From contig CAWDVM010000012.1 of the NCBI GenBank assembly GCA_963805685.1, positions 31,614 to 95,613 on the forward strand: a stretch of 64,000 bases of DNA, read 5' to 3'. A model generated the notes under the pieces. That model was not told the origin of the DNA, ran no database searches, and saw nothing but the letters and a program-made list of their open reading frames with translations. A program made the position numbers and the translations under genes. This document shows, one piece after another, positions 49,111 through 61,363 of the stretch. The number at the start of each line of letters is the position of its first letter. Within the stretch, counting starts at the first letter, position 1. The stretch is from an uncultured Actinomycetota bacterium. Lineage in GTDB: Bacteria > Actinomycetota > Actinomycetes > Propionibacteriales > Nocardioidaceae.

Positions 49111-49623
49111 TCAGGAGCGCACGACCTCGACGCGCTCGATGACGACCGGCTCGAGCGGGCGGTCGCCGGGGCCGGTCGCCGTGGTGGCGATGGCGTCGAC
49201 GACGTCGCGCGAGGCCTGGTCGGCGACCTCACCGAAGATCGTGTGCTTGAAGTTCAGCCACGAGGTCGCGCCGACGGTGATGAAGAACTGCGAGCCGTTG
49301 GTGCCCGGGCCGGCGTTGGCCATCGCGAGCAGGTAGGGCTTGTCGAAGGTGAGCTCGGGGTGCGGCTCGTCCTTGAAGGTGTAGCCCGGGCCACCGGTGC
49401 CGGTGCCGAGCGGGCAGCCGCCCTGGATCATGAAGCCCTCGATGACGCGGTGGAAGCCCAGGCCGTCGTAGAACGGGCCGGTCCTGCCGTTGCCGGCGTC
49501 GTACGACTTGGTGCCCTCGGCCAGCCCCACGAAGTTCGCCACCGTCTCCGGCGCGTGGTCGGGGAACAGGTTGATGGTGATGTCGCCCTTGTTGGTCTTC
49601 AAGATGGCCTGCTGGTCAGCCAT
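49111..49623 (-). CDS. ppiA: Cyclophilin-type peptidyl-prolyl isomerase
   Basis: FHRVIEGFMIQGG, LAMANAGPGTNGSQFFIT, HTIFG. Confidence 0.94.
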   Translation of the reverse strand: MADQQAILKTNKGDITINLFPDHAPETVANFVGLAEGTKSYDAGNGRTGPFYDGLGFHRVIEGFMIQGGCPLGTGTGGPGYTFKDEPHPELTFDKPYLLAMANAGPGTNGSQFFITVGATSWLNFKHTIFGEVADQASRDVVDAIATTATGPGDRPLEPVVIERVEVVRS

Positions 49624-49789
49624 GACTGCCTCTCGCGTGAAATGGGTACGACGTGCACGTCGATGCTGTCTGTGCGTCCCCGATCCTCGCACGCGCGACA
49701 AGACGTCCCGCAAGACGCGCGCACGCTGGTTGGGTCGGGTGAGACATGATCGAATGGAAGCCACACGACGAGAAGGAAGTGTCACGCCC

Positions 49790-50635
49790 ATGGGCCTGCG
49801 CAAGAAGAAGTCGCTGATCGATCAAGCCTCCGAGTACGTCGACACGGTCCGGCCGCAGCTCGAGTCGGCCGCCGAGACCGCGAAGGCCGCGGCCATCGAC
49901 GCCAAGGAGCGCGCGCTGCCGCTGCTGGCCGAGGCCCGGGAGAAGGCCGGCCCCGCGCTGGCCGACGCGCGCGAGAAGGCCGCTCCCTACCTCGCCGACG
50001 CCCGCGACAAGGCGGCCCCCTACGTCGCCGACGCGCGTGAGAAGGCGGCCCCCTACGTCGCCGAGGCCCGTGACAAGGCCGCGCCCTACCTGGCCGAGGC
50101 GCGCGACAAGGCGGCCCCGGTCATCAACGGTGCCCGGGAGAAGGCCGGCCCGGCGCTGGCCGACGCCCGCGCCAAGGCGGCGCCCGTCGTCGCGACCGGC
50201 GTCGCGATCGCCACCGAGAAGGCGGCCCAGGGCGCCCAGTTCGCCGCCGAGAAGGCCGCCGAGGGACGCGACCTGGCGGCTGCCAGGGCCGCGGAGCTCA
50301 ACCCCGAGAAGAAGAAGGGGTCGAAGCTGAAGAAGGTCCTGCTCATCGGTGGGGTCGCGGCCGTGCTCGGCTTCGTGGCCCGCAAGCTGCAGGGCGGCGG
50401 CAGCAGCAGCGACAGCTGGCAGTCGTCCTACGTGCCGACGCCCGCGCCGACGCCGCCCACGCCCGCCGCTCCGATGTCCGGCGTCGAGACCGACACGGGC
50501 GAGGACGACCAGGGCGGCTCGTCGCCCGACGAGGCCCTCGCCGACCAGGCCGAGGCGCCGCACCCGGTCACCACGCCGGACAACCCGGCCGAGGTGGTCT
50601 CGCTCGACGAGGACGACACCGACGACAAGGCCTGA
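49790..50635 (+). CDS. Membrane-anchored protein with eight 11-aa amphipathic repeats
   Basis: (L/V)A(D/E)AR(E/D)KAAPY repeats, KKKGSKLKK followed by a TM, acidic tail; divergent from ppiA. Confidence 0.8.
   Translation: MGLRKKKSLIDQASEYVDTVRPQLESAAETAKAAAIDAKERALPLLAEAREKAGPALADAREKAAPYLADARDKAAPYVADAREKAAPYVAEARDKAAPYLAEARDKAAPVINGAREKAGPALADARAKAAPVVATGVAIATEKAAQGAQFAAEKAAEGRDLAAARAAELNPEKKKGSKLKKVLLIGGVAAVLGFVARKLQGGGSSSDSWQSSYVPTPAPTPPTPAAPMSGVETDTGEDDQGGSSPDEALADQAEAPHPVTTPDNPAEVVSLDEDDTDDKA
49925..50188 (+). repeat. 33-bp coding tandem repeat, 8 units
   Basis: LAEAREKAGPA / LADAREKAAPY / LADARDKAAPY / VADAREKAAPY / VAEARDKAAPY / LAEARDKAAPV / INGAREKAGPA / LADARAKAAPV. Confidence 0.88.
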
Positions 50636-50658
50636 GCAGCCGCCGCAGGCAGCGGCCC

Positions 50659-51684
50659 TCAGCTCCCGGACCGGCCGGAGGAGAGATCCTCCGGCCGGTT
50701 CTCCTCCACCCAGGTGTCGATCCGCTCCCACCACGCGTAGAGCCAGTCGATCCGCGCCTCCCGCCCCTCGGGGATCTCGGCGCGCGGCACCTGCCACCAC
50801 CGCATGATGAGCTGCTTGTCCATCGGCAGCTCCCGCCACACGTCGGCGACGGTCCGCAGGTGGTCCAGTCCGGTGTGCGCGACCAGGACGACGTCGGCGT
50901 CGGGTGCGGCGTCGAGCGCGGCCAGGAACCCCCCGGGCCGCGGCGCGAGCACGTTGGTCATCTTCTCGGCGCGACGCGCCATCCGCTCCATCCCGAGCCG
51001 GTGCAACCGGTCGATCGCGCGCTGACGCCGTTCCGGGGTGAAGTTCCCGCCCTCGGGGAAGATCACGAACGCGTCGTTCTCGTCGAGGCCGGATGCCAGG
51101 GCCGCGATGTGTGACTCGAAGTCCTCGCCGGGACCGGGGTTGGTGGAGATGAACCGGGCCGGGATCCGGCCCAGCAGCACGTCGATCGCGGGGTCCCAGG
51201 CGAGCGTGTCCTTGAGCACGACCCGCGGCTCCCGGGAGTACCAGTGCATCAGCGCGTAGATCAGCGTGAAGGAGTCACCGGGTCCCGCGTGCCGGCAGCA
51301 GACCAGCAGCGGGATCCCGGGGTGGGCGTCGGGGGCCGGTCCGTCGGTGGTGATCCGCAGCCGCAGCACCCGCCGCGACTCGCGGAAGAACACCCACGTC
51401 ACGCCCTGCACCAGGTCGTAGTGGATGCCCTCGAAGTACGGCGTGCGCAGCCGCCAGCCGAACCCCGAGGCGAGCCACAGCCCGAACATCACCACGAGCA
51501 GCAGCGCCTCGCAGGTCAGGTAGAGGATGGCCACCCACAGCAGCCGCAGCGCTCGCCACCGACCGGGCAGCACCGGGGACAGCGCCGCAGCCGCGATCAG
51601 CCACAGCGGCAGCGTGACCCACAGCAGCACCGTGAGCAGGACGACCAGCGGCGCGAGGACGACGCGTCGCAGCAGCCGGATCAT
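50659..51684 (-). CDS. Lysophospholipid acyltransferase family protein
   Basis: HAGPGD (HxxxxD), IFPEGGN; ATGA-coupled to the patatin gene. Confidence 0.85.
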   Translation of the reverse strand: MIRLLRRVVLAPLVVLLTVLLWVTLPLWLIAAAALSPVLPGRWRALRLLWVAILYLTCEALLLVVMFGLWLASGFGWRLRTPYFEGIHYDLVQGVTWVFFRESRRVLRLRITTDGPAPDAHPGIPLLVCCRHAGPGDSFTLIYALMHWYSREPRVVLKDTLAWDPAIDVLLGRIPARFISTNPGPGEDFESHIAALASGLDENDAFVIFPEGGNFTPERRQRAIDRLHRLGMERMARRAEKMTNVLAPRPGGFLAALDAAPDADVVLVAHTGLDHLRTVADVWRELPMDKQLIMRWWQVPRAEIPEGREARIDWLYAWWERIDTWVEENRPEDLSSGRSGS

Positions 51685-52523
51685 CGCGGGTCCGGGGTGG
51701 CCAGGTGCTCCTCGAGGTAGGCCACCGAGGCCTCGTAGGTCTCGTCGATGCGCTGCTGCACGCTGCCGAAGTCGCGGCTGCCGAGCAGCGTGTCGTCCCG
51801 GCTCGAGGTGCCCCGGGCGGGCAGCACGTGGGCCTCGACCCCGGCGGGCAGCTCGGCCATCTCCCGCACGAACCGGTGCCGCCGGGCGATCTCGAACGAC
51901 ACCCGGGCCACCTCCCACGGCCGGCGGGGCACGCTCAGCGGCCGGTCGATGCGGCCCACCTGGAGCACGAAGACCCGGGTGGCCCCCAGCTGGACCGCCC
52001 GGCCGAGGGGGACGGAGTTCACGATGCCGCCGTCGAGGAAGTGCTCGTCGCCCACCTTCGCCGGCGGCAGCAGGCCCGGTACGGCGGCGCTCGCGACGAC
52101 GGCGTCCACCACCGGGCCGGAGTCGAACCAGTGCTCGGCGGACCGCTCGATGCAGGCCGCGCAGACCTGGAACCGGACCGGCAGCTCCTCGAAGGTGACG
52201 TCGCCGAACTCCTCGGCCAGCCGCTTCTTCAGCGGCTTGGCGGAGTAGATGTGGGTGCCGGTCGCGACCGCGCGCCGGACCGTGCGCAGCGCCCGGTCGC
52301 CGTACACCTCCTGGCCGGAGCGGCTGGCCCCGCGCCACAGGTCGGTCAGGCGCTCGATCACCGCCGGGGAGGGGTCGCGGGCGACCATGGCGCCGTTGAG
52401 CGCGCCGACGCTGGTGCCGAGGACCAGGTCGGGGGTGATCCCGCGCTCGAACAGGGCCCGCAGCATGCCGACCTCGACCGCGCCGAGGACGCCCCCGCCG
52501 CCCAGCACGAACGCGGTCGTCAC
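51681..52523 (-). CDS. Patatin-like phospholipase
   Basis: LGGGGVLG, GTSVG, LDGG. Confidence 0.92.
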   Translation of the reverse strand: MTTAFVLGGGGVLGAVEVGMLRALFERGITPDLVLGTSVGALNGAMVARDPSPAVIERLTDLWRGASRSGQEVYGDRALRTVRRAVATGTHIYSAKPLKKRLAEEFGDVTFEELPVRFQVCAACIERSAEHWFDSGPVVDAVVASAAVPGLLPPAKVGDEHFLDGGIVNSVPLGRAVQLGATRVFVLQVGRIDRPLSVPRRPWEVARVSFEIARRHRFVREMAELPAGVEAHVLPARGTSSRDDTLLGSRDFGSVQQRIDETYEASVAYLEEHLATPDPR

Positions 52524-52527
52524 GGGG

Positions 52528-52887
52528 TCAGACGCCTTCGGCGCGTGAGCCTGTCGCGACCAGCTCGGGGTGCTCGGCACGCATCCGCTGGGTGACCACG
52601 TGCTCGACCCAGAAGATCAGCAGCGGGATCAGGCCCGCGGCGAGCGCGACGACCGTGAAACCGGGCGACCACCCGGCCTTGCGGGAGAGGAAGAAGGCGA
52701 CGACCACGTAGATCATGAACACCCAGCCGTGGGCGACCCACAGGATGCTGGCGGACTCGCCGAACTGCTGGAGGTCGCCGCCCTCGGCGGCGAGGTACTT
52801 CAGCGGCATCGCCACGAGGGCGCAGAAGGCGAGCAGCACGCCCACGACGATGGCGAGCACGCGGTAGGCGTTGAACAGGTTCTTCAC
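52528..52887 (-). CDS. DUF3817-family membrane protein
   Basis: YRVLAIVVG, AHGWVFMIY, AGLIPLLIFWVE. Confidence 0.75.
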   Translation of the reverse strand: MKNLFNAYRVLAIVVGVLLAFCALVAMPLKYLAAEGGDLQQFGESASILWVAHGWVFMIYVVVAFFLSRKAGWSPGFTVVALAAGLIPLLIFWVEHVVTQRMRAEHPELVATGSRAEGV

Positions 52888-52897
52888 GCCGCCCAAC

Positions 52898-53729
52898 CTA
52901 CTGGCCGTCCACAGCGGTGCCGGCGGGCTCTCCCGCCGCCCCCTCCGCCGACGTGGCCTGGGTCTCGGTGCCGGCCTCCCGCGCCCGGACGGTCTCGTCC
53001 CGGATCCACCGCACCCAGACGAACAGCGCGAAGGCCGCGAAGAACCACCACTCGATGGCGTAGAGCAGGTTGCGCAGCGCGGTGAACCGGCCGGCGTCGG
53101 GCAGCTGTGCGAGGTCGGCGTGCCGCGAGCCCCGTGGTCCCGTCGTTGGTGGCGCGGTCCCCGACCGGCCACTTCCCCGGGGCGGCCCGGTCGGCGACGA
53201 CGGCGTAGGCGCCGTACAGGTCCTGGTCGACGTGCTGGATGACGTCGGCGGTCCGGAGCTGGGGGAGTACGTCGTCGCGGGGGTCGGCGTCGGCCTCGCC
53301 GGTGCCCTCGGGGGGCTGGAGCCAGCCGACGAGCTCGCCGTACCCGGTCGGCGGTGCGGGCGCCCGGCCCGGGTCGGTCACCCAGCCGCGCACGACCGGG
53401 ATCGCCGGGTCGTGGGCGCCGGTGATCGCCAGCGGCGTCACCACCCAGTAGCCCTCGCGGCCGTCCTGCTCGCGCCCGGAGACGTAGACGGTGCCGTCGG
53501 GCACCCAGGTCCCGCCGAGGATGACCGGCTGGCCGATCCGGTTGCCCGGGAACGGGTCGTCCGGGCCGATCACCGAGCGGAGGCCGACGGGCTCGACGCG
53601 GGTCAGGTCCTGGGCCTCCGCGGCCCGGCGGGCCTGCCACGCGTCGTACTGCCAGACCCCGAGGCCCACGGCGGCGGCGGTGAGCACGACCGCCAGCAGG
53701 TGCACGCCCCAGTAGCGCGGGGCGAGCAT
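52898..53729 (-). CDS. SURF1-family membrane protein; +1 frameshift near 53124
   Basis: LGVWQY, GYWVVTPL, VVRGWV in one frame; LRNLLYAIEWWFFAAFA in the next, ending at TAG 52898. Confidence 0.82.
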
Positions 53730-53797
53730 CGTGGGCACGTCGTCCAGCATACGAAGCGCTCCCGGGCCGTCCCGCGGCGCGGGGCCTGTCCACGGAC

Positions 53798-53839
53798 TGG
53801 TCTGACCACTTGACCACCGGCCACCGCTGTTCCTACCGT
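53798..53839 (+). promoter_or_regulatory. FadR-type operator and sigma-A promoter of a leaderless GntR operon
   Basis: TGGTCTGACCA (53798-53808), -35 TTGACC (53810), -10 TACCGT (53834), ATG at 53847. Confidence 0.65.
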
Positions 53840-53846
53840 CCGGGAC

Positions 53847-54581
53847 ATGCCACTACAGCCTGTCTCCCGCCGCTCCGTGCCCGACGAGGTGTTCGACCAG
53901 GTCCTCGGTGAGGTCGTGGACGGCGGCCTCGAGGCCGGTGAGGCGCTGCCCAGCGAGCGTCGCCTCGCCGAGGTGCTCGGGGTCTCCCGGCCCGCGGTCC
54001 GCGAGGCGCTGCAGCGGATGGCGCAGACCCGGCTGGTGGAGGTCCGCCACGGCGGGGCGACCACGGTCCGCGACTTCCGCAGGTACGCCGGGCTCGACCT
54101 GCTGCCCCGGCTGCTGGTGCGCGGCGGCGGCCTCGACGCGACGGTGGCCCGCAGCATCCTCGAGGCCCGGCTGGTGATCGGGCCGGGCGTCGCCGCGCTC
54201 GCCGCGGAGCGCGGGGGACCGGCGCTGCTGGCGGCCCTCACCGACGCCGTCGACGCGCTGGCCGGGACCGACGACGACGTGGAGCGCCAGGTGCACGCGC
54301 TGGCGTACTGGGACGTGGTGGTCGACGGCGCCGACTCGCTCGCCTTCCGGCTGATGTTCAACAGCCTGCGCGCGGCCTACGAGCCCGCGCTGGAGGCGCT
54401 CGCCCCCGTGATGGCCGAGGAGGTCGGCCAGGTCGGCGCCTACCGGGTGCTGACCGCCGCGATCGGCGAGGGCGACCCCGACACCGCCCGGGCCGCGGCC
54501 GAGCGCGTGCTCCGACCGGCCACGACCAGCCTGCTCACCGCCCTCGGGGCACTCGACCAGACCCGTCAGGAGAAGAGATGA
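53847..54581 (+). CDS. GntR/FadR-family regulator
   Basis: LPSERRLAEVLGVSRPAVREAL. Confidence 0.92.
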   Translation: MPLQPVSRRSVPDEVFDQVLGEVVDGGLEAGEALPSERRLAEVLGVSRPAVREALQRMAQTRLVEVRHGGATTVRDFRRYAGLDLLPRLLVRGGGLDATVARSILEARLVIGPGVAALAAERGGPALLAALTDAVDALAGTDDDVERQVHALAYWDVVVDGADSLAFRLMFNSLRAAYEPALEALAPVMAEEVGQVGAYRVLTAAIGEGDPDTARAAAERVLRPATTSLLTALGALDQTRQEKR

Positions 54582-55339
54582 CCAAGACGTCCCCCGACAT
54601 CGAGAGGCTCGCGGCCCAGCGGCTGGCCGCCGACGAAGCGAAGCTGGGCCAGATCACCGGGGCTGGGACCCGACGTACCAACGTCACGCTGGGGACCGCC
54701 TGGCGCTCCTTCTGGCGGGCCCCGTCGCCGTGGATGATCTCGACGTTCCTGCTCGGCTCGGTCGTGGCCCGCGCCGTGGTCGGCGGCGGATCGTGGTGGG
54801 AGCTGGCCATCCCGGCCACCCTGGTCGCGCTCTTCCCGGTGATCGAGTGGGTGATCCACGTGTTCGTCCTGCACTGGCGTCCCCGCCGGCTGGGCCCGGT
54901 CGAGGTCGACTCGCTGCTGGCGCGCAAGCACCGGGAGCACCACGCCGACCCCCGTGACATCCCGCTGGTGTTCATCCCCTGGCCGGCGCTCGTCTGGCTG
55001 CTGCCGGCGTACGTCGCCGTGGCGCTGCTGGCGATGCCGTCGCTGCCGAGCGCGCTGTCGCTGCTGGTGTCCGTCTACGCGATCAAGTTCGGCTACGAGT
55101 GGACCCACTACCTGGTGCACAGCGACTACCGGCCGCAGTCGCGGTGGTTCCGCTCGGTGTGGCGCAACCACCGGCTGCACCACTACAAGAACGAGCACTA
55201 CTGGTTCGCCGTGACCACCGCCGGCACCGCCGACCGCCTCCTCGGGACCTACCCCGACCCGGCCTCGGTCCGGACGTCGCCCACGGTCAAGCGGCTGCAC
55301 GCGACCGAGGGCACCGAGCGCGGCACCGTCGCCTCGTGA
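54578..55339 (+). CDS. Sterol desaturase / fatty acid hydroxylase family protein
   Basis: His boxes HVFVLH, HREHH, HYLVH, HRLHH. Confidence 0.87.
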   Translation: MTKTSPDIERLAAQRLAADEAKLGQITGAGTRRTNVTLGTAWRSFWRAPSPWMISTFLLGSVVARAVVGGGSWWELAIPATLVALFPVIEWVIHVFVLHWRPRRLGPVEVDSLLARKHREHHADPRDIPLVFIPWPALVWLLPAYVAVALLAMPSLPSALSLLVSVYAIKFGYEWTHYLVHSDYRPQSRWFRSVWRNHRLHHYKNEHYWFAVTTAGTADRLLGTYPDPASVRTSPTVKRLHATEGTERGTVAS

Positions 55340-56133
55340 CCGTCCACCACCTCAACTGCGCGACCATGCGGCCGGCCGGCTCGATCGGCGGCCGGGTCCT
55401 GCCCGGGCGGCTGGTGGCGCACTGCCTGCTGGTCGAGCGCGCCGAGGGGCTGCTGCTGGTCGACAGCGGCTTCGGCACCCGCGACCTCGCGGACCCCGCG
55501 CGGCTGGGGCGGCCGTTCCGCGCCGCCGTGCGGCCGGCGCTCGACCCGACCGAGACCGCGCGGGCCCAGGTCCTGGCCCGCGGCCACCGGGTCGAGGACG
55601 TCACCGACATCGTGCTCACCCACCTCGACCTCGACCACGCCGGTGGCATCGGGGACTTCCCGCAGGCCCGGGTGCACGTGCTCGGCGACGAGCTGGACGC
55701 CGCCCTCGCGCCCAGGCTGCGCGAGCGGCCGCGGTACGTCGCCGCCCAGTGGGCGCACGGCCCGCGCTGGCAGCGGCACCGGGTGGCAGGGGAGGAGTGG
55801 TTCGGCTTCGGGGCGGTGACCGCGCTCGACGACGACGTGCTGCTCGTCCCGCTGCGCGGCCACACCCGCGGTCACTGCGGGGTGGCCGTCCGGCGTCCCG
55901 ACGGGCACTGGCTGCTCCACGCCGGCGACTCCTACTTCCACACCGGGGACCTGGCCGCGCCGGTCTCCACGCCGCCCGGGCTGCGCGCCTTCCAGCGGCT
56001 GATGGCCGTCGACGACCTGCAGCGCCGCCACAACCAGGAGCGGCTGCGCGAGCTGGTCGCCGCACGTTCCTCCGAGGTCACGGTCTTCAGCGCCCACGAC
56101 GCCACCGAGCTCGCCGCCCTCAGCCGGGGCTGA
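55336..56133 (+). CDS. MBL-fold metallo-hydrolase
   Basis: THLDLDHAGG, GHTRGH, HAGD, SAHD; GTGA-coupled. Confidence 0.9.
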   Translation: MTVHHLNCATMRPAGSIGGRVLPGRLVAHCLLVERAEGLLLVDSGFGTRDLADPARLGRPFRAAVRPALDPTETARAQVLARGHRVEDVTDIVLTHLDLDHAGGIGDFPQARVHVLGDELDAALAPRLRERPRYVAAQWAHGPRWQRHRVAGEEWFGFGAVTALDDDVLLVPLRGHTRGHCGVAVRRPDGHWLLHAGDSYFHTGDLAAPVSTPPGLRAFQRLMAVDDLQRRHNQERLRELVAARSSEVTVFSAHDATELAALSRG

Positions 56134-56452
56134 GCCCGACCTCCGCGGAGTCGGGCCGTCGGGTCAGCAGGCCGACCGAGCCGACGGCGACGCAGAGCAG
56201 CGCGGCGAGGCCCGCCAGCACGGACCATCGGTGCATCGTCTCGCTGCAGGCCTGCGAGAGGTGCTGGTCGACGCGCTCCGGGGTGGTGGTCCCCGGGTCC
56301 GCGGCGCCCGCGTCGCCGGCCTCGGCACTGACGATGATGCTGCTGCACGAGCGGGTGGCGCCCCGGTAGTGCACGGTCGGGCTCGTCGCGACCAGCACCG
56401 CGGCGCACAGGCCGAAGGCCACCGCGAGCGTGAGGCAGACGTAGCGGACCAT
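56120..56452 (-). CDS. Small two-TM hypothetical protein
   Basis: Two hydrophobic segments with a Cys pair in the loop. Confidence 0.5.
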   Translation of the reverse strand: MVRYVCLTLAVAFGLCAAVLVATSPTVHYRGATRSCSSIIVSAEAGDAGAADPGTTTPERVDQHLSQACSETMHRWSVLAGLAALLCVAVGSVGLLTRRPDSAEVGLSPG

Positions 56453-56507
56453 GAGGCAGCGTAGATCCGCGCCGGTCACCTGGGAAGCAACCGACCCGGC
56501 CGCGCAA

Positions 56508-56553
56508 TCCGTCAGGGCCCGGTGGGCTGTGTCCGTCAGAGCCCGGTGGGCTG
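56508..56553 (+). repeat. 24-bp-period tandem duplication spanning the lipoprotein stop codon
   Basis: TCCGTCAGGGCCCGGTGGGCTG (56508) and TCCGTCAGAGCCCGGTGGGCTG (56532). Confidence 0.7.
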
Positions 56554-57612
56554 GGGGATCGGCGTGACGCTGTTGCACACCGCGAACGGCAGGGTCTCGG
56601 TCAGGGTGAGGCCCGCCGCCACGGCCGGTCGCGGCACGTCGTACCCGATCCGGCCGGTCGTCGGGTCGCCGACGCCACGGGCGAAGCCGTCCTCGAACGA
56701 CGGGCTCCCGTCGGGCCAGTCGTCGCCGAGGTGCAGCCGGTCGAAGAGGTCGGTCCGGCCGCGGCTCATCCGCACGGTGGCGAGGTGGTCGCCGAAGGAC
56801 ACCGCGAAGGCGTCCAGCGGCTCCAGCTCGGTGACGTCGTGGCGGGCCAGCACGGCGTCCTGCTGCTCGGCGGTCGCCTCCGCGCCGAGCGCGTCGGCGA
56901 ACGGGACGCAGCCGCGCCGGAGGTACGTCGCCTCCGCGGGCTCGCCGACCAGGTGCACGACCGCCGGGTCGGTCGCCCAGCTCGCGGCACCGTCGTCGGC
57001 GACCCCGGAGACGACGAGATGCTCCTCGCGCAGCACCCGGCCGCCACCGAGCGGCCCGACCCCGGCCTCGACCGCGCCGGCGACCGCCGTCATGTCCAGG
57101 TCCGGCCGGAACGCGAGCACGTAGCCGTTGCCCTCCGGCCCGGTGAAGTGCGCCTCCCAGTCCACGTCGTCCTCGGTGAACCCGTGGTCCAGCATCAGCT
57201 CCGAGGTGTCCTCGCGGAGCATCCCCTCCGCGAGCATCGGGGCCTCGGTCCGCGTCCGCTCCCAGAACTCCGAGCGTTCCGACATCAGGTCGTCGCTCGT
57301 CAGGTCCGGCACCCCGAGCTGGCGCCGGACGCCGTCGAGGTCCATCACGGTCAGGGTCGTCGCGGTCGCCGGGACCAGCGGCAGGACCGCCTCGGCCGGC
57401 TCCTCGTGCGCGTCGTACGACGGGGTCCCCGCCAGGCGGGCGGGCGGACTCGGGGCGTCGACCGTGGGCGGAGGCACCTCGTCGCAGCCGGCGAGCGCCG
57501 GTGCGAGGAGAAGGAGCAGCAGCAGGGGAGTGCTGCGACGAGTGGTGGAGCCTAGGGGACTCGAACCCCTAACCCCCTGCTTGCAAAGCAGGTGCGCTAC
57601 CAATTGCGCCAA
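56536..57612 (-). CDS. Hypothetical lipoprotein; start unresolved (ORF continues through tRNA-Ala)
   Basis: RRSTPLLLLLLLAPALAGC lipobox signal peptide; acidic ~315-aa mature part with high-GC3 codons; only in-frame TTG starts lie inside the tRNA. Confidence 0.65.
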   Translation of the reverse strand: MAQLVAHLLCKQGVRGSSPLGSTTRRSTPLLLLLLLAPALAGCDEVPPPTVDAPSPPARLAGTPSYDAHEEPAEAVLPLVPATATTLTVMDLDGVRRQLGVPDLTSDDLMSERSEFWERTRTEAPMLAEGMLREDTSELMLDHGFTEDDVDWEAHFTGPEGNGYVLAFRPDLDMTAVAGAVEAGVGPLGGGRVLREEHLVVSGVADDGAASWATDPAVVHLVGEPAEATYLRRGCVPFADALGAEATAEQQDAVLARHDVTELEPLDAFAVSFGDHLATVRMSRGRTDLFDRLHLGDDWPDGSPSFEDGFARGVGDPTTGRIGYDVPRPAVAAGLTLTETLPFAVCNSVTPIPQPTGL

Positions 57613-57618
57613 GGCCCC
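57543..57618 (-). tRNA. tRNA-Ala (TGC), CCA encoded
   Basis: GGGGCCTTGGCGCAATTGGTAGCGCA CCTGC-TTTGCAA-GCAGG...GGTTCGAGTCCCCTAGGCTCCACCA, 76 nt. Confidence 0.96.
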
Positions 57619-57630
57619 GGGTCGGGAGGG

Positions 57631-57756
57631 TCAGCCGCGCTCGACGTTGTCGGTGGCCTCGGCCCACAGGGCCTGCTCGGAGCGACCCTCGTCGATCTTC
57701 CTCTTGGCGATCACGGCACCGGCGGCAGCCAGCAGGACCAGGACGAGCTTCTTCAT
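57631..57756 (-). CDS. DLW-39-family small protein (41 aa)
   Basis: [41 protein letters not shown]; SD AGGAG; typical position between tRNA-Ile and tRNA-Ala. Confidence 0.8.
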   Translation of the reverse strand: MKKLVLVLLAAAGAVIAKRKIDEGRSEQALWAEATDNVERG

Positions 57757-57821
57757 GGTGACTCCTACGGTCGTAGGGCTGGTGCCTGCCTGGTGCGGCA
57801 GGCGAGAGATCGAAACCGGGT

Positions 57822-57898
57822 TGGTGGGCCTAACAGGACTTGAACCTGTGACCTCTTCCTTATCAGGGAAGCGCTCTAACCGTCTGAGCTATAGGCCC
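57822..57898 (-). tRNA. tRNA-Ile (GAT), CCA encoded
   Basis: GGGCCTATAGCTCAGACGGTTAGAGCG CTTCC-CTGATAA-GGAAG...GGTTCAAGTCCTGTTAGGCCCACCA. Confidence 0.96.
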
Positions 57899-58010
57899 GG
57901 GACTTGGCCGGAAGAATCCGGTGCCAAGAGTGGTCGACCAGCGACCGAGGGGAGACATTACCCCACCGCGGAGCGGCCGGACAAAACGGGATCGGAGACC
58001 GCCGAACGGC

Positions 58011-58570
58011 TCAGCGCTCGTCCTCCGCGAGGGTGACCTCGATGCCGCCGAGCAGGGCCGCGGCCATGTTGTAGAGGAAGGCTCCGAGGGTCGCGATCGC
58101 CGTCAGCAGCACCACGTCGATGACCGCCACCAGCATCGTGAACCCGATGACACGGGAGGTCCCGAGGTAGTCGGTCACGTCGAAGCCCGCGGAGTCCTGG
58201 CCGCCGACCACGTCCTGCACGGTGGTGTTGATCGAGTCCCAGACGCCGGCCGCCCCGAGGACCGACCACACCATCAGCACCGAGACCACCGTGACCACGC
58301 CGAACGCGATCGAGAGCAGGAAGGCGGTCTTCATCACCGACCAGGGGTCGACCCGGGTCAGCCGCAGCCGCGCGCGGCGCGGTGGGCGGCCCCCGACGGC
58401 GGCCTTCTTGGCGGCCTTCTGGGACTCCGGGTTCGCGTTGGCACGGTGCTCGTCGGTGGCCTTGCTCAGCTTGGCGGAGATCCGCTCACCGAGCGGGGCC
58501 CGGACCGCCGTCTCCGGGGTGCGGTCCGGGGTGGTGCGGGTGGAGGTTCGCTCGACGGGGCGTTCCGTCA

Positions 58571-58571
<1 letters not shown>
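58011..58571 (-). CDS. DUF3566-domain membrane protein
   Basis: RLTRVDPWSVMK, AFLYN..AALLGGIEVTLAE; follows gyrA. Confidence 0.88.
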
Positions 58572-61309
<2,738 letters not shown>

Positions 61310-61363
61310 GTCTCTCGGTCTCTCTGGTCGGTTCTACTCGAATCTAGGACTGGCGTTAGACAC

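Noticed and set aside
57543-57618. tmRNA
   Set aside because: A complete canonical tRNA-Ala with D-arm and anticodon arm; the ORF continues after CCA rather than lying within the RNA.
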